IMG/VR virus record: IMGVR_UViG_3300027747_000004
Span: 46,995-110,994 of that record
Strand: one strand, 5' to 3'
Length of the DNA: 64,000 bases
Origin: a virus
Shown here in pieces: positions 27,558-36,349 of this stretch. Within the stretch, counting starts at the first letter, position 1. Every line of letters starts with the position of its first letter. Both the position numbers and the translations under genes were made by a program. Below the pieces are notes generated by a model. The model searched no databases, was not told where the DNA came from, and saw only the letters and a list, made by a program, of their open reading frames with translations.

Positions 27558-29642
27558 ATGGCACTACCCGTAATCCCCACATTGCCTACTGACGCAGCAA
27601 CAAATCCTGATGCTGCTGCGCAGTATACATCTGCGCTAGATAGACTGTCAAAGTCGCTAAATCAACGCAATGATACTAATTGGTTTAGCATCGCAGGCGC
27701 TTTACTAGACCCAGGCAAAACTGGCTCATTTGGTGAAGCTGCAGGCCGCGCAGCAACTGTTGTTGGTCAACAGCGACAAGCTGAGCTTGAACGACAGCCT
27801 GCGATTGTGCAAATGCAAATGCAAATCGAAGGGCAAAAGTATGAGTTGCAAAGCCGCGCTGACGCAATGAGAATGCTAGGCGAAGCAATTGGTGCACCAC
27901 CTTCGCAAGTTGCGCAAGTCTTAAAGAACGGATCTGAAGGTACCGCAGCAGCTACTGCAACAGCGTCAACGCCGGGGCTGGCTGAAACGGCTAATAAGTT
28001 GCAGCAGATTGACCCCAAAGTCTATTTGAAAATCGCCGCTAAAAACCCAACAATAGGGGCCTTGGTCAAAGACTACGCAGGCATGACTGACGCGCAGATT
28101 AAAACGCAAATTGAGCAAGACAAACTTAGTGAACAGCAAAACCAAAACAAGATTGGCAATCAGATTGAAGGCGTTAAGCTACAAAACGCATATCTTGAAT
28201 TGCAAATCAAAGTGCTGCAGGCTGGCAATGACCAAGAAGCTAAGCGTCGTGCAAATGCTGAGTTCATTGACAAAGTTGGCCCCACTGCTGCAAAGGCTTA
28301 TGGCATTGAAATACAGCAACCCGCAGCAATGCCTTCACCACAAGCGCCTGCAATTCCAGGTGTAACAGCACCTGCTGGAGGCACTGGAGCAGCAAGGCCA
28401 TTGGTTACCCCACCTACTCCGCCCGCAGGCCCTCAAGGGACACTGGTGACACCTCCGGCAGGTAGCCAACCACCACCTGCTCCTGCAATGCCGCAAGGTG
28501 GTCCTGCAATGCCGCAAGGTGGTCCTGCAATGCCGCAAGGTGGCCCTGCAATGCCGCAAGGTGGCCCTGCAATGCCTGCACCGCCTATGGGGCCTGCGGC
28601 AATGTCTCGACCTGCTGCGCTTGGTCCGGCGCCCGTTGCTACGCCTACAGGAAGTCCTGCAGCATTGATTGGCAACTTAACTGCAACCCGTGATAAGCTT
28701 TCAACATTGCTAGATGCAGCAGTCAAGTCTGGCAATCAGCAAGTACAAGCTGCTATCAGCCCGCAACTTGCTGATGTTGAGAACTTACTTCGCCAAGTTG
28801 GTGGACAAATACCGCAGCAAGCGCAGCAAGCGCCACGAGTATCTGCGTTGCAAGTGCCTATGCAGCCTGTTACGCAACCTGCAGCGTCTGTACCGCAAAA
28901 TATGAGTGATGTTAGATCTGACTCACCTGCAGTGCAGCGTGCTATTGAGCAAAAGCGTGCTGAGGCGCAAATTGGCATGGAGACAAGAAACGCTGAAACG
29001 CAATTAAAGCCTTTTAATGATAAAGTTGCTGCGCTTAATCGCTTCAACCCAACTACCAATTCGCAAGCCATCAACAATATGACCACTTTGCGCCAAATTA
29101 CAACTGACCCTGATGGGCAAGCTGTGTTTGGGCAATTGCAAGCACGCGATGTTGACACAGTCATTAAGCGTGCAGCAAAAGCTGCTGGGCAAATGGTTAA
29201 TACTGGCGTTGGCATTGGGCACTTTGGTCATGCCAATGTTAATGTTGAAGACTTGGTGTCCAATCTAAACTTGGATGATCGGCAAAAGAAACTAGCATCT
29301 CGTGCATTGAACGCTATAGCTGAAGAAACTGTTGCCAATCTTTCATTAAATCGTGAAGCAATTGGTGGGCGTCTTAGCAACTATGAAGACAAGCAACTTA
29401 GCGCTGCAATTGCAAACATAGGCAATTTGCCTGAAGCTATGTATTATTGGGCAGGCAAACGTCTTTTGCAACATCAAAACGACAGTAAAATTGCTGGGAT
29501 GTATAGCGCATGGGATGAAGCAAACCCAGGTCTTGCAGTTAAAAATCCTCGTGCGTTCTTTAAGACAGATGCATACATTAAGCAAAACAGCGACTACTTA
29601 GATGCACTAAAAGGTCTTGACCAAGTGCTCTTGAAAAAGTAA
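27558..29642 (+). CDS. Putative internal virion/DNA-ejection protein
   Basis: AGALLDPGKTGSFGE N-terminus, helical, Pro-rich linker. Confidence 0.55.
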   Translation: MALPVIPTLPTDAATNPDAAAQYTSALDRLSKSLNQRNDTNWFSIAGALLDPGKTGSFGEAAGRAATVVGQQRQAELERQPAIVQMQMQIEGQKYELQSRADAMRMLGEAIGAPPSQVAQVLKNGSEGTAAATATASTPGLAETANKLQQIDPKVYLKIAAKNPTIGALVKDYAGMTDAQIKTQIEQDKLSEQQNQNKIGNQIEGVKLQNAYLELQIKVLQAGNDQEAKRRANAEFIDKVGPTAAKAYGIEIQQPAAMPSPQAPAIPGVTAPAGGTGAARPLVTPPTPPAGPQGTLVTPPAGSQPPPAPAMPQGGPAMPQGGPAMPQGGPAMPQGGPAMPAPPMGPAAMSRPAALGPAPVATPTGSPAALIGNLTATRDKLSTLLDAAVKSGNQQVQAAISPQLADVENLLRQVGGQIPQQAQQAPRVSALQVPMQPVTQPAASVPQNMSDVRSDSPAVQRAIEQKRAEAQIGMETRNAETQLKPFNDKVAALNRFNPTTNSQAINNMTTLRQITTDPDGQAVFGQLQARDVDTVIKRAAKAAGQMVNTGVGIGHFGHANVNVEDLVSNLNLDDRQKKLASRALNAIAEETVANLSLNREAIGGRLSNYEDKQLSAAIANIGNLPEAMYYWAGKRLLQHQNDSKIAGMYSAWDEANPGLAVKNPRAFFKTDAYIKQNSDYLDALKGLDQVLLKK
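28482..28576 (+). repeat. 21-bp coding tandem repeat, 4.5 copies (PAMPQGG)
   Basis: CCTGCAATGCCGCAAGGTGGY at 28482, 28503, 28524 and 28545, partial at 28566. Confidence 0.93.
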
Positions 29643-29651
29643 AGGGTATCT

Positions 29652-30854
29652 ATGGCAACCACGCCTGTTAAATCTAGTGTAGACTCATTAAGTGGGTTTG
29701 ACCCAAGTTTGACTGTGCCATTTGGCGCAACTGCACCAGCATCTTCACCTGCTGCAGCCACATATGAAGACTTTGCTGCTTCTAACCCTGGTGCCACTGA
29801 AGAGCAATACACTGATGCAATGCGAAGGCGTGCAGCAGCGCCTGTTGCAGCAGAAGCTGACATTGACCCCTTGGCGCCATACGTGCGACGTGGGCCAGCA
29901 CCTGCAGCTCAAAAAGCTAATGAGGGACTTGGCATAAGTGAGATTGGCGCAACTCTTGGTGGCGCAGCCATTGGCTCACGTGTGCCTAACTACGTTAACC
30001 CAGATCTGACTGCTGCCAAAGTTGACTTAACTCGTAATGCAGCGTATGAGCAGTCATTGGTTAAGCCTTTGCAGGCTACACTTGATCAAGCGCACATGGC
30101 GCATCAAGCTGCACAAACTACACTTTCTGACGCTGCTATGACGCGTGATGCTGCGCATGCTGCTGCGCAAGCTGTTGGGCTTAATCCTGCTGACATTCCA
30201 ATTGAAGATCTTGCCGGTGATAAATGGAACAAAAAAGTAGTAGGTTCAATGGGCCCAGGCGGCGATAGCGTTACAGAAGCTGCACGTAACTACAATGTTG
30301 AAAAAGGCTTGCCTGCAGATTACAAAGCCACTCGCAGCGGATTGGCAGTGCCTCGAAGCTATGAAGAGCCTGCGCATATTGCAAATGCGCGTCAGGCAGT
30401 TGTTGACGCTGGGCTGGCTCATAAAACTGCGCAAGCAGAAGCAGCAGCAGCGCAACTTGCTTTAGAGCAGGCAAAAGCTGCAAGAAACGCGCCGTCCATA
30501 GCACGAGCAACTGCAGCAACGCAAGGGGCACAAGCAACGCTTGATGAGTTATCCAAGGCAAAAACTTTCTTGGCTAAGATTCCGGGCTTTAACACAATCA
30601 TGGGCGGTTTGTCAGCAGGTGAGCTAGTGCATGCCTACAATGAGTTTCAGGCAGGCAATACTCTTGAAGGTGTAATGGCGGGTCTTAGTGGCGCAGGCGG
30701 CTTGGTTGGGCTAATACCACATCCGGCAGCTAAGGCCGCAGGCGCTATTATGTCTTTGCCGCCTCTTGCGTACCAAGGCTACCAAGCTTACAAAGAGCAT
30801 AAGACAAAGAACCCCGACCTAGGCAATTTTGCACCCGGCCGCGGTGACTATTAA
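29652..30854 (+). CDS. Ala-rich putative internal virion protein with a hydrophobic Gly-rich C-terminus
   Basis: Last gene of the + strand operon; converges with the - strand block. Confidence 0.6.
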   Translation: MATTPVKSSVDSLSGFDPSLTVPFGATAPASSPAAATYEDFAASNPGATEEQYTDAMRRRAAAPVAAEADIDPLAPYVRRGPAPAAQKANEGLGISEIGATLGGAAIGSRVPNYVNPDLTAAKVDLTRNAAYEQSLVKPLQATLDQAHMAHQAAQTTLSDAAMTRDAAHAAAQAVGLNPADIPIEDLAGDKWNKKVVGSMGPGGDSVTEAARNYNVEKGLPADYKATRSGLAVPRSYEEPAHIANARQAVVDAGLAHKTAQAEAAAAQLALEQAKAARNAPSIARATAATQGAQATLDELSKAKTFLAKIPGFNTIMGGLSAGELVHAYNEFQAGNTLEGVMAGLSGAGGLVGLIPHPAAKAAGAIMSLPPLAYQGYQAYKEHKTKNPDLGNFAPGRGDY

Positions 30855-31543
30855 AGCTCTTTGCCTTTAGTGTAAAACCACATACGCACTGAGCTCATTC
30901 CACCATCAATCAATACGTGGTTAGGAAATGCTTGGTACTTGTGGTACAGTGGATGGTTGATGAAGTTTTTCATCAGCAGGTACGCATCAGCATCCGGTGG
31001 TGACATACCCATGGCACGGTCAGTGTCAATGCACTTAACGTCAAAGTCATCCGCAAACTCTCGTTGCATTGCATGGGCTTGGTCATTTAGCAAGCCAATG
31101 ATGACTACACGCTTTTTCTTAATGCCTGTTGCAGCATACTCACCACAGTGTTTGCGCACCCCAAAGTCATGCTCAAGCTCTTTAACTGCTATTGCAATTT
31201 CTTGCTTTAGTGCACCGGCAATTTTCTTTGCTATGGCCTGAACGAGGTCATCAAGAGTGGGGTCCCAGGATGTACTGGTGGGCACTGGCGCCACTTCATT
31301 AGCAACTGTGGGTGGTTCTATTGCTTTTTGCTTTGGCACATCCAGCGCTATGCGAACCTTCAATTCTTTGATGAGCTCATATGCAGCTGGATATGCATTG
31401 AACGGGCGCTGCCGCGACTCAGGCAGCTTTTTTTGCGCTGCTTTGATTGCGTCAAAATACCCGTAACTGTGGTCTGTAACGTAGCGATGCGCAACAGTAA
31501 GCACCGTGTCAATTTCAGCTTTTGTCCAGAAAATTTTAGCCAT
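30851..31543 (-). CDS. Hypothetical protein with a C-terminal alpha/beta domain (possibly DUF2325-like)
   Basis: Own leader and -10 box; RVVIIG...ADAYLLMKNFINH. Confidence 0.6.
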   Translation of the reverse strand: MAKIFWTKAEIDTVLTVAHRYVTDHSYGYFDAIKAAQKKLPESRQRPFNAYPAAYELIKELKVRIALDVPKQKAIEPPTVANEVAPVPTSTSWDPTLDDLVQAIAKKIAGALKQEIAIAVKELEHDFGVRKHCGEYAATGIKKKRVVIIGLLNDQAHAMQREFADDFDVKCIDTDRAMGMSPPDADAYLLMKNFINHPLYHKYQAFPNHVLIDGGMSSVRMWFYTKGKEL

Positions 31544-31605
31544 GATGTATCCTTTTCAATAGTCAAAGTACCGTAGACAACGTTGCCTACGGTACTGATT
31601 ATACA
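31544..31605 (-). promoter_or_regulatory. Promoter (TGTATAAT) with 5' hairpin and conserved leader
   Basis: Minus strand: TGTATAAT-C-AGTACCGTAGGCAACGTTGTCTACGGTACT-TTGACTATTGAAAAGGATACATC-ATG. Confidence 0.6.
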
Positions 31606-31609
31606 GCAA

Positions 31610-31795
31610 TCAGGGTGCAAAGTCTGCTTCAGCTGCAACTTTTTGCCAATTTTCCACATTTACCAACTCAATCTTCAATGCCATCAAGGCTTCAATGATC
31701 TCTGGCAATGTGTAATGCTGCCGCAGCATGGCCTCAATGTACTTGCGTAGCACACGTTCTGCGGGATGCCGTAAGGCTAAATGTTGAGTAGCCAT
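31610..31795 (-). CDS. Small hypothetical protein
   Basis: Fills the gap after the TS-like gene in the same operon. Confidence 0.55.
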   Translation of the reverse strand: MATQHLALRHPAERVLRKYIEAMLRQHYTLPEIIEALMALKIELVNVENWQKVAAEADFAP

Positions 31796-32562
31796 TTTGA
31801 GAACTCGTACTTGGGGTTGATGACAGAGTTGCTAAGCTCCAAAGCTTCGTCTTTTGTGATGCGAGGTGGAGGGTCTGAGATGGATAGATATGTGGAGCTA
31901 CCCACAATTTCTTTGAACATTTCCATACGACGCACATAAACGTGGAAAGAACCTACGGTAACCGTAAGATTGCCCATGTTTACGCCAAGAATGGCAGCAA
32001 TGATCTCTTGCAAAAATGAGAACGTGGGCAGGTCATTGGCCATGCCCCATAGGATGTCTTGGCTGCGCATAATTGCACGAGCATTCAATTGACCATTGCG
32101 AATGCGAAACTCAATGGCAAGTGTGCAAGGCACATCTTTTGCGTCAATGTCCATGTGGTCAACGTCAGTGCCATACATTGGAATGACAGCACGGCGGCTG
32201 GTAGGGTCAGCCGTCAGCAACTTTACAATGTTGCGTACGCCATGGCGGCCAAACCAGTATGAGCCATAGTTGCTATTGAGCTTGCCGTTGGCAATGATTT
32301 TGCCCCACTGCGCTGCGTGATCTGCAATGGTCAGGTCATATGGATTGGCCTTGATGTACCAAGCCATTTCACGCTTAAGATACGGGATGTTGAGCGCACG
32401 GCCTTTAAATGCATTGAACCTGACGTACGGCCCAACTGTGTACGAGAAGTTTTCAATCTCCAGTGTTGTTTCGCCACGAGGCGTGGCCCATTCGCCGTAT
32501 TCACGCAGTACGTGGTACAGATTGATGAGGTCTGCTTCTTTATTGATAATCGCTAAGTCCAT
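31777..32562 (-). CDS. Thymidylate-synthase-family enzyme, likely dCMP hydroxymethylase-like
   Basis: SRRAVI, catalytic PC (DVPCT), RSQDILWGMAND with Asp at the specificity position, SFHVY. Confidence 0.8.
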   Translation of the reverse strand: MDLAIINKEADLINLYHVLREYGEWATPRGETTLEIENFSYTVGPYVRFNAFKGRALNIPYLKREMAWYIKANPYDLTIADHAAQWGKIIANGKLNSNYGSYWFGRHGVRNIVKLLTADPTSRRAVIPMYGTDVDHMDIDAKDVPCTLAIEFRIRNGQLNARAIMRSQDILWGMANDLPTFSFLQEIIAAILGVNMGNLTVTVGSFHVYVRRMEMFKEIVGSSTYLSISDPPPRITKDEALELSNSVINPKYEFSKWLLNI

Positions 32563-33487
32563 TGTTGCCTTCTGTGATGTGGTATGGTTGATCTGGATAG
32601 TTTTGGAGATGATACAACGGTGGTGGAAGCTTGATGGCTTTCACGTTGTTGTTTAGTGCCCATGCGTAGGCATTGTTACCTAGCGCAAAGATCTTTCGCG
32701 GCGTAAGTTGCTGAATGAAACTTGCATCAGATGGCGCACCAGCAGCGTTTTGCGTATTTGCCCAGTACAAACAGCTTTCAGGTACGCCCTCATCTTCAAG
32801 AACTGTTGCCAACATTCTGCTGGGGCCATCGTTGTCAAGAAAGTTGATAAAAGGTACTACCACAGCTGATGACTTAACATTCATCTGAGGGCCTTTGTCG
32901 CACAGCATAAGGTAGTTGTCTTGCTTAAACGAACCGCCACCTGTGCTTTTGTTTGTGATGCTTGCGTATTTGATTTTGGCAAACAAGTCTTCAACATCAT
33001 CATTGACATAGTCGTAGTGTACAACTGTTAGATGCGTTTGCAATGCCAGTGCGTCATACGCAGCGTACACTTGACGCAATTGCGTAGTGTTGTCAAGATA
33101 CTCCTCACCAAGCCGCGCAGAAAATGCCTGCTCACAAACCTCATAGGCAGGTTGGCACAATACCACTACTGCACCACGTGCAAGTGCAATACGCTCAAGC
33201 ATGCGGCGACGCGGCATGTCAACACGTGAGTTGCCACCGCGGTACGCATCAGCGTAGATGGGCTCAGACAACCATGACCTATCCATGATGAGAGTGTCAT
33301 CAAAAGTCAAGGCAGGCGACATCGCACGAAAGTACAACTTGCACAGTTGCTCAGACGTTAAGCCTGAGTAAGGGCCATGCTTAACCATGTGCACCATGCT
33401 TGCGGTACTTTTGCTGATGATGACGCGCAGCTTTTCAGCAAGTGTTGACTTGCCTGCGCCGTCTGGGCCTTCTAAAATGATGATCAT
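32540..33487 (-). CDS. Thymidylate-kinase-like dNMP kinase fused to a UDG-like C-terminal domain
   Basis: IILEGPDGAGKST P-loop and MDRSWLSEPIY; C-terminus PF...S..L...L...G...YWAN...PRKIFALG..A. Confidence 0.75.
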   Translation of the reverse strand: MIIILEGPDGAGKSTLAEKLRVIISKSTASMVHMVKHGPYSGLTSEQLCKLYFRAMSPALTFDDTLIMDRSWLSEPIYADAYRGGNSRVDMPRRRMLERIALARGAVVVLCQPAYEVCEQAFSARLGEEYLDNTTQLRQVYAAYDALALQTHLTVVHYDYVNDDVEDLFAKIKYASITNKSTGGGSFKQDNYLMLCDKGPQMNVKSSAVVVPFINFLDNDGPSRMLATVLEDEGVPESCLYWANTQNAAGAPSDASFIQQLTPRKIFALGNNAYAWALNNNVKAIKLPPPLYHLQNYPDQPYHITEGNNGLSDYQ

Positions 33488-34371
33488 AAAAAAGATTGTA
33501 GAGTTTTAATAGTTGTAAGTCGCGGTGTTACCAGCACTTCTTGTTTTTGACCCTTTATGACCCTACGTAGATCATTGGTGTCCATGGACTCAAGCTCATG
33601 CAGTTTAAAGCCATATGATGGCCCAACAGCTGCAAGCTCAATAGGGTCGCCGCCAAGTACGCAACCTGCATACGCTGCATGTAAATAGCGTACACGCCAC
33701 CAACCACATCCAGCGTGCTCATATGTGGGGCACAACACGCCTTTGTAAAAGCCATATTCCCAAACAATATCACTTTCAAGTTTGCGTGGCTGGCCCAAAT
33801 GCTTGCCACCAACAGAGTACACAGGCCAACTAAGACGTTGCGCACTTGCCCACAGGTGTGCGCCGGTTGACAATGACGCGTTGTACCACATTTGCTTACG
33901 TTGGCCCCATGACAGCTGATGCGTAGGTGGGCATACGTATAAGGGTGATGGGTCCCATGGCAAAATACATTCGACAGGTAAACCCATTTTGTCTTTGTTG
34001 CCCCAAGGGAACAATGGTGCAATCCATACGCGTGACTGAAGCTTTTCAACATCAATTACATTTGCCCATGTGGGCAGAATCTCTTGGAAAGACCAATCGT
34101 CGAGGCAGATGTATGCATTGGGTTTTTGTTCCAACGCATACACTGCCCCGGCGTGGTCAATCGCGTTGTGGTCCAATGGGTAAACATACACAAACACGGC
34201 GTCAAACCCAGAAAGATCTTCGCCAACAGTCACCGCACGGTGCGCCACATTGTGGCCCATCAAACGATACGCCATTGTCATGATCTCTGGAATAGAGACG
34301 AACTTCGTAGAGCTTGCCCTATCAGGATGATTGATGTGCGTCTCTGTGACGCCAGTGATGAGTATGTTCAT
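33484..34371 (-). CDS. Putative GT-B-fold DNA/nucleotide glycosyltransferase
   Basis: MNILITG beta-1, LMGHNV, FDAVFVY, GVLCPTY...WWRVRYLHAAYAGCVL resembles the GT-B C-terminal motif; gene context. Confidence 0.55.
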   Translation of the reverse strand: MNILITGVTETHINHPDRASSTKFVSIPEIMTMAYRLMGHNVAHRAVTVGEDLSGFDAVFVYVYPLDHNAIDHAGAVYALEQKPNAYICLDDWSFQEILPTWANVIDVEKLQSRVWIAPLFPWGNKDKMGLPVECILPWDPSPLYVCPPTHQLSWGQRKQMWYNASLSTGAHLWASAQRLSWPVYSVGGKHLGQPRKLESDIVWEYGFYKGVLCPTYEHAGCGWWRVRYLHAAYAGCVLGGDPIELAAVGPSYGFKLHELESMDTNDLRRVIKGQKQEVLVTPRLTTIKTLQSFL

Positions 34372-34652
34372 TATGCAGCTTCGGCTTCTTCTTCAGCTTC
34401 GTCTTCGTACACAGCATCTTCAAGAGTGATGTCGCCACGTCCAGCATCATAGTGCACGTCACTGGAACGACCACCTGCAGCAAGGTAGTCTGCAATGGTC
34501 ATGCCATCTTCGTACAATGCAAAACGCGCATGTGCAAGGGAGCCTTCACGCTTTGGATTGACTTCCACATTAATGCGGATGACAGTGTTTTTGTCAATGT
34601 TGGGGCCACGTTCTTTGCGGGTTTTTTCGACGACTTCTTTGGTATCGGTCAT
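34371..34652 (-). CDS. Small protein with an NPKR-x-GS domain and acidic tail
   Basis: NPKREGSLAHARFALYEDGMTIADYLAAGG...D..YD...G.I.L; EDEAEEEAEAA tail; first gene of the operon. Confidence 0.7.
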   Translation of the reverse strand: MTDTKEVVEKTRKERGPNIDKNTVIRINVEVNPKREGSLAHARFALYEDGMTIADYLAAGGRSSDVHYDAGRGDITLEDAVYEDEAEEEAEAA

Positions 34653-34720
34653 ATAGATCTTTCTAAAAAGGATGAAAACTAACAGTGAATAACGTCAATG
34701 GTCAGTACTTGCATTATACA
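34653..34720 (-). promoter_or_regulatory. Promoter of the modification operon
   Basis: TGTATAAT at 34720-34713 followed by CTGACCATTGA. Confidence 0.55.
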
Positions 34721-36087
34721 TTACGATGAATGTAATCACGTACAGCAGTCAACAATTTTTGTTGCGTTTTGTCTTTGCGCCTCACAGCAAGCATAATTGC
34801 CTCATCTACAGTGTCATTTGCAATGATGTGATGCACCATGATGTTGTTTTTCTGGCCCTGGCGCCACAATCTACGAATGAATTGCTCATAGATCTCCAAT
34901 GACCAAGTCAATGAGTACCAGATGACTGCATGCCCGCTATCTTGTAAGTTGAGGCCATGACCCGCCGACATAGGGTGCGCAAGCAAGACTGGTATTTCGC
35001 CGGCATTCCAGTTCGTAGTAATAGAATCAAGCTTAGTGCCAACGACGCCTGAACCAATAACAGGCGCATTTGGGAATGCCTTCCTGAGTCTTTCCAGGTC
35101 GTGCTGAAAATGGTACCCAATGATGCAAGGCTGTCCTGATAATTCTTCCACAAGGTCCATAACCGCTTCAGTCTTTGCGTTGTGTACATGCGTTGTTACT
35201 CTTTCATTGCCATCAAGATATGAGCCGCCATTGGCAATTTGTTGGCCCTTCATAACTGCAACAGCTGCGTTGACTGCTGTCACCGTGCCTTGTTCAAGCT
35301 CAATGGTCAAAGCTTTTTCAAAAGCATCGTACATTTTACGTGCAGCAGGTGGAAGTTCGACTCTGACATCGTTGTAGGCCAAGCTAGGTAAGTCAAGGTG
35401 ATCAAGAGCTGCCATCCGCAGCACTTTATTGTTAAGCTTTTTCTGGATTCTTGCTTCGCCATCTGGTTGTAACTTCCACTCATAGCCATTGAAGCCAGAA
35501 GGGTAAAAATACTCTTCCCTAAACCTTGACACATAGGGCCCAAACGTGGCCCCCTGGTCAATAATCAACTGCGGTCCAAATATGTCTAATAGACTATTGG
35601 GCGCAGGTGAACCAGTGAGGCCCCAGCGTCGGTCGAACCGATCTAACAAAGGCTTCAAAGTTTTAAAGCGCTGCGTTTGCGTGTTCTTCATGAATGAGAT
35701 CTCGTCAACGGTAAGAATCTCAAAGGGCCATGCTTGTCCACGCAATTTGCTTGATAGCCAGCCAAGGCCTTCAAAGTTGATGACGTAAATGTCGTGGTTG
35801 GCAGCCAAGGTTTTTTCTTTTTTGGCGCCATGCAAAACGCCAACTGAGTACCCTTCAAACTGCTCCCACTTTTTCACCTCATTAGGCCATACAGTGTACG
35901 TTGGCCGCAATGGCGCAATCACAAGCATTTTCCTAGCCATGCTTGACAGACGCAGCGTACGAAACGCGCTTAGCACAATGGCAGTTTTGCCTAGCCCTGG
36001 GTCTAACCATAGTTGGCCAGACCCATGCTCAACCAGAAACTTTACGGCTTCTTTTTGGTATTCATGAGGTTCCCAAAACACGGTCAA
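34714..36087 (-). CDS. SNF2-like superfamily 2 helicase
   Basis: PHEYQ, LDPGLGKT, VDEIS, GLTGSP, GHGLNLQ, QFIRRLWRQGQ. Confidence 0.9.
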   Translation of the reverse strand: MTVFWEPHEYQKEAVKFLVEHGSGQLWLDPGLGKTAIVLSAFRTLRLSSMARKMLVIAPLRPTYTVWPNEVKKWEQFEGYSVGVLHGAKKEKTLAANHDIYVINFEGLGWLSSKLRGQAWPFEILTVDEISFMKNTQTQRFKTLKPLLDRFDRRWGLTGSPAPNSLLDIFGPQLIIDQGATFGPYVSRFREEYFYPSGFNGYEWKLQPDGEARIQKKLNNKVLRMAALDHLDLPSLAYNDVRVELPPAARKMYDAFEKALTIELEQGTVTAVNAAVAVMKGQQIANGGSYLDGNERVTTHVHNAKTEAVMDLVEELSGQPCIIGYHFQHDLERLRKAFPNAPVIGSGVVGTKLDSITTNWNAGEIPVLLAHPMSAGHGLNLQDSGHAVIWYSLTWSLEIYEQFIRRLWRQGQKNNIMVHHIIANDTVDEAIMLAVRRKDKTQQKLLTAVRDYIHRNV

Positions 36088-36349
36088 TCCCTTCTTTTGA
36101 GTCGATCACATACACCTTGTGGCCTCGGCTTGCAAGTTGGTCATGAACTTTTTGTTGCAATGGTGATACCACACCTCCGGGACGCTTAAGTTCAACCCAT
36201 AGCACTTCACCATTTTCAAGAGGTACCACACGATCAGGCCAGCCGCGTTGAAAATGCACACTTAGCTTTAACGTTAAAAGACCATGCTTTTTACATTGCT
36301 TGCTAAAGTATGCCTCAAGGTCTCGTTCCAGCAGTACACGTGTCACCAT
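36062..36349 (-). CDS. VRR-NUC domain nuclease
   Basis: E..LE...GWPDR....G..LWVELKRPGG..S.LQ. Confidence 0.85.
   Translation of the reverse strand: MVTRVLLERDLEAYFSKQCKKHGLLTLKLSVHFQRGWPDRVVPLENGEVLWVELKRPGGVVSPLQQKVHDQLASRGHKVYVIDSKEGIDRVLGTS

Noticed and set aside
31777-32562. Ordinary thyA
   Set aside because: Asp at the specificity position and the kinase/GT context argue against a canonical dTMP synthase.
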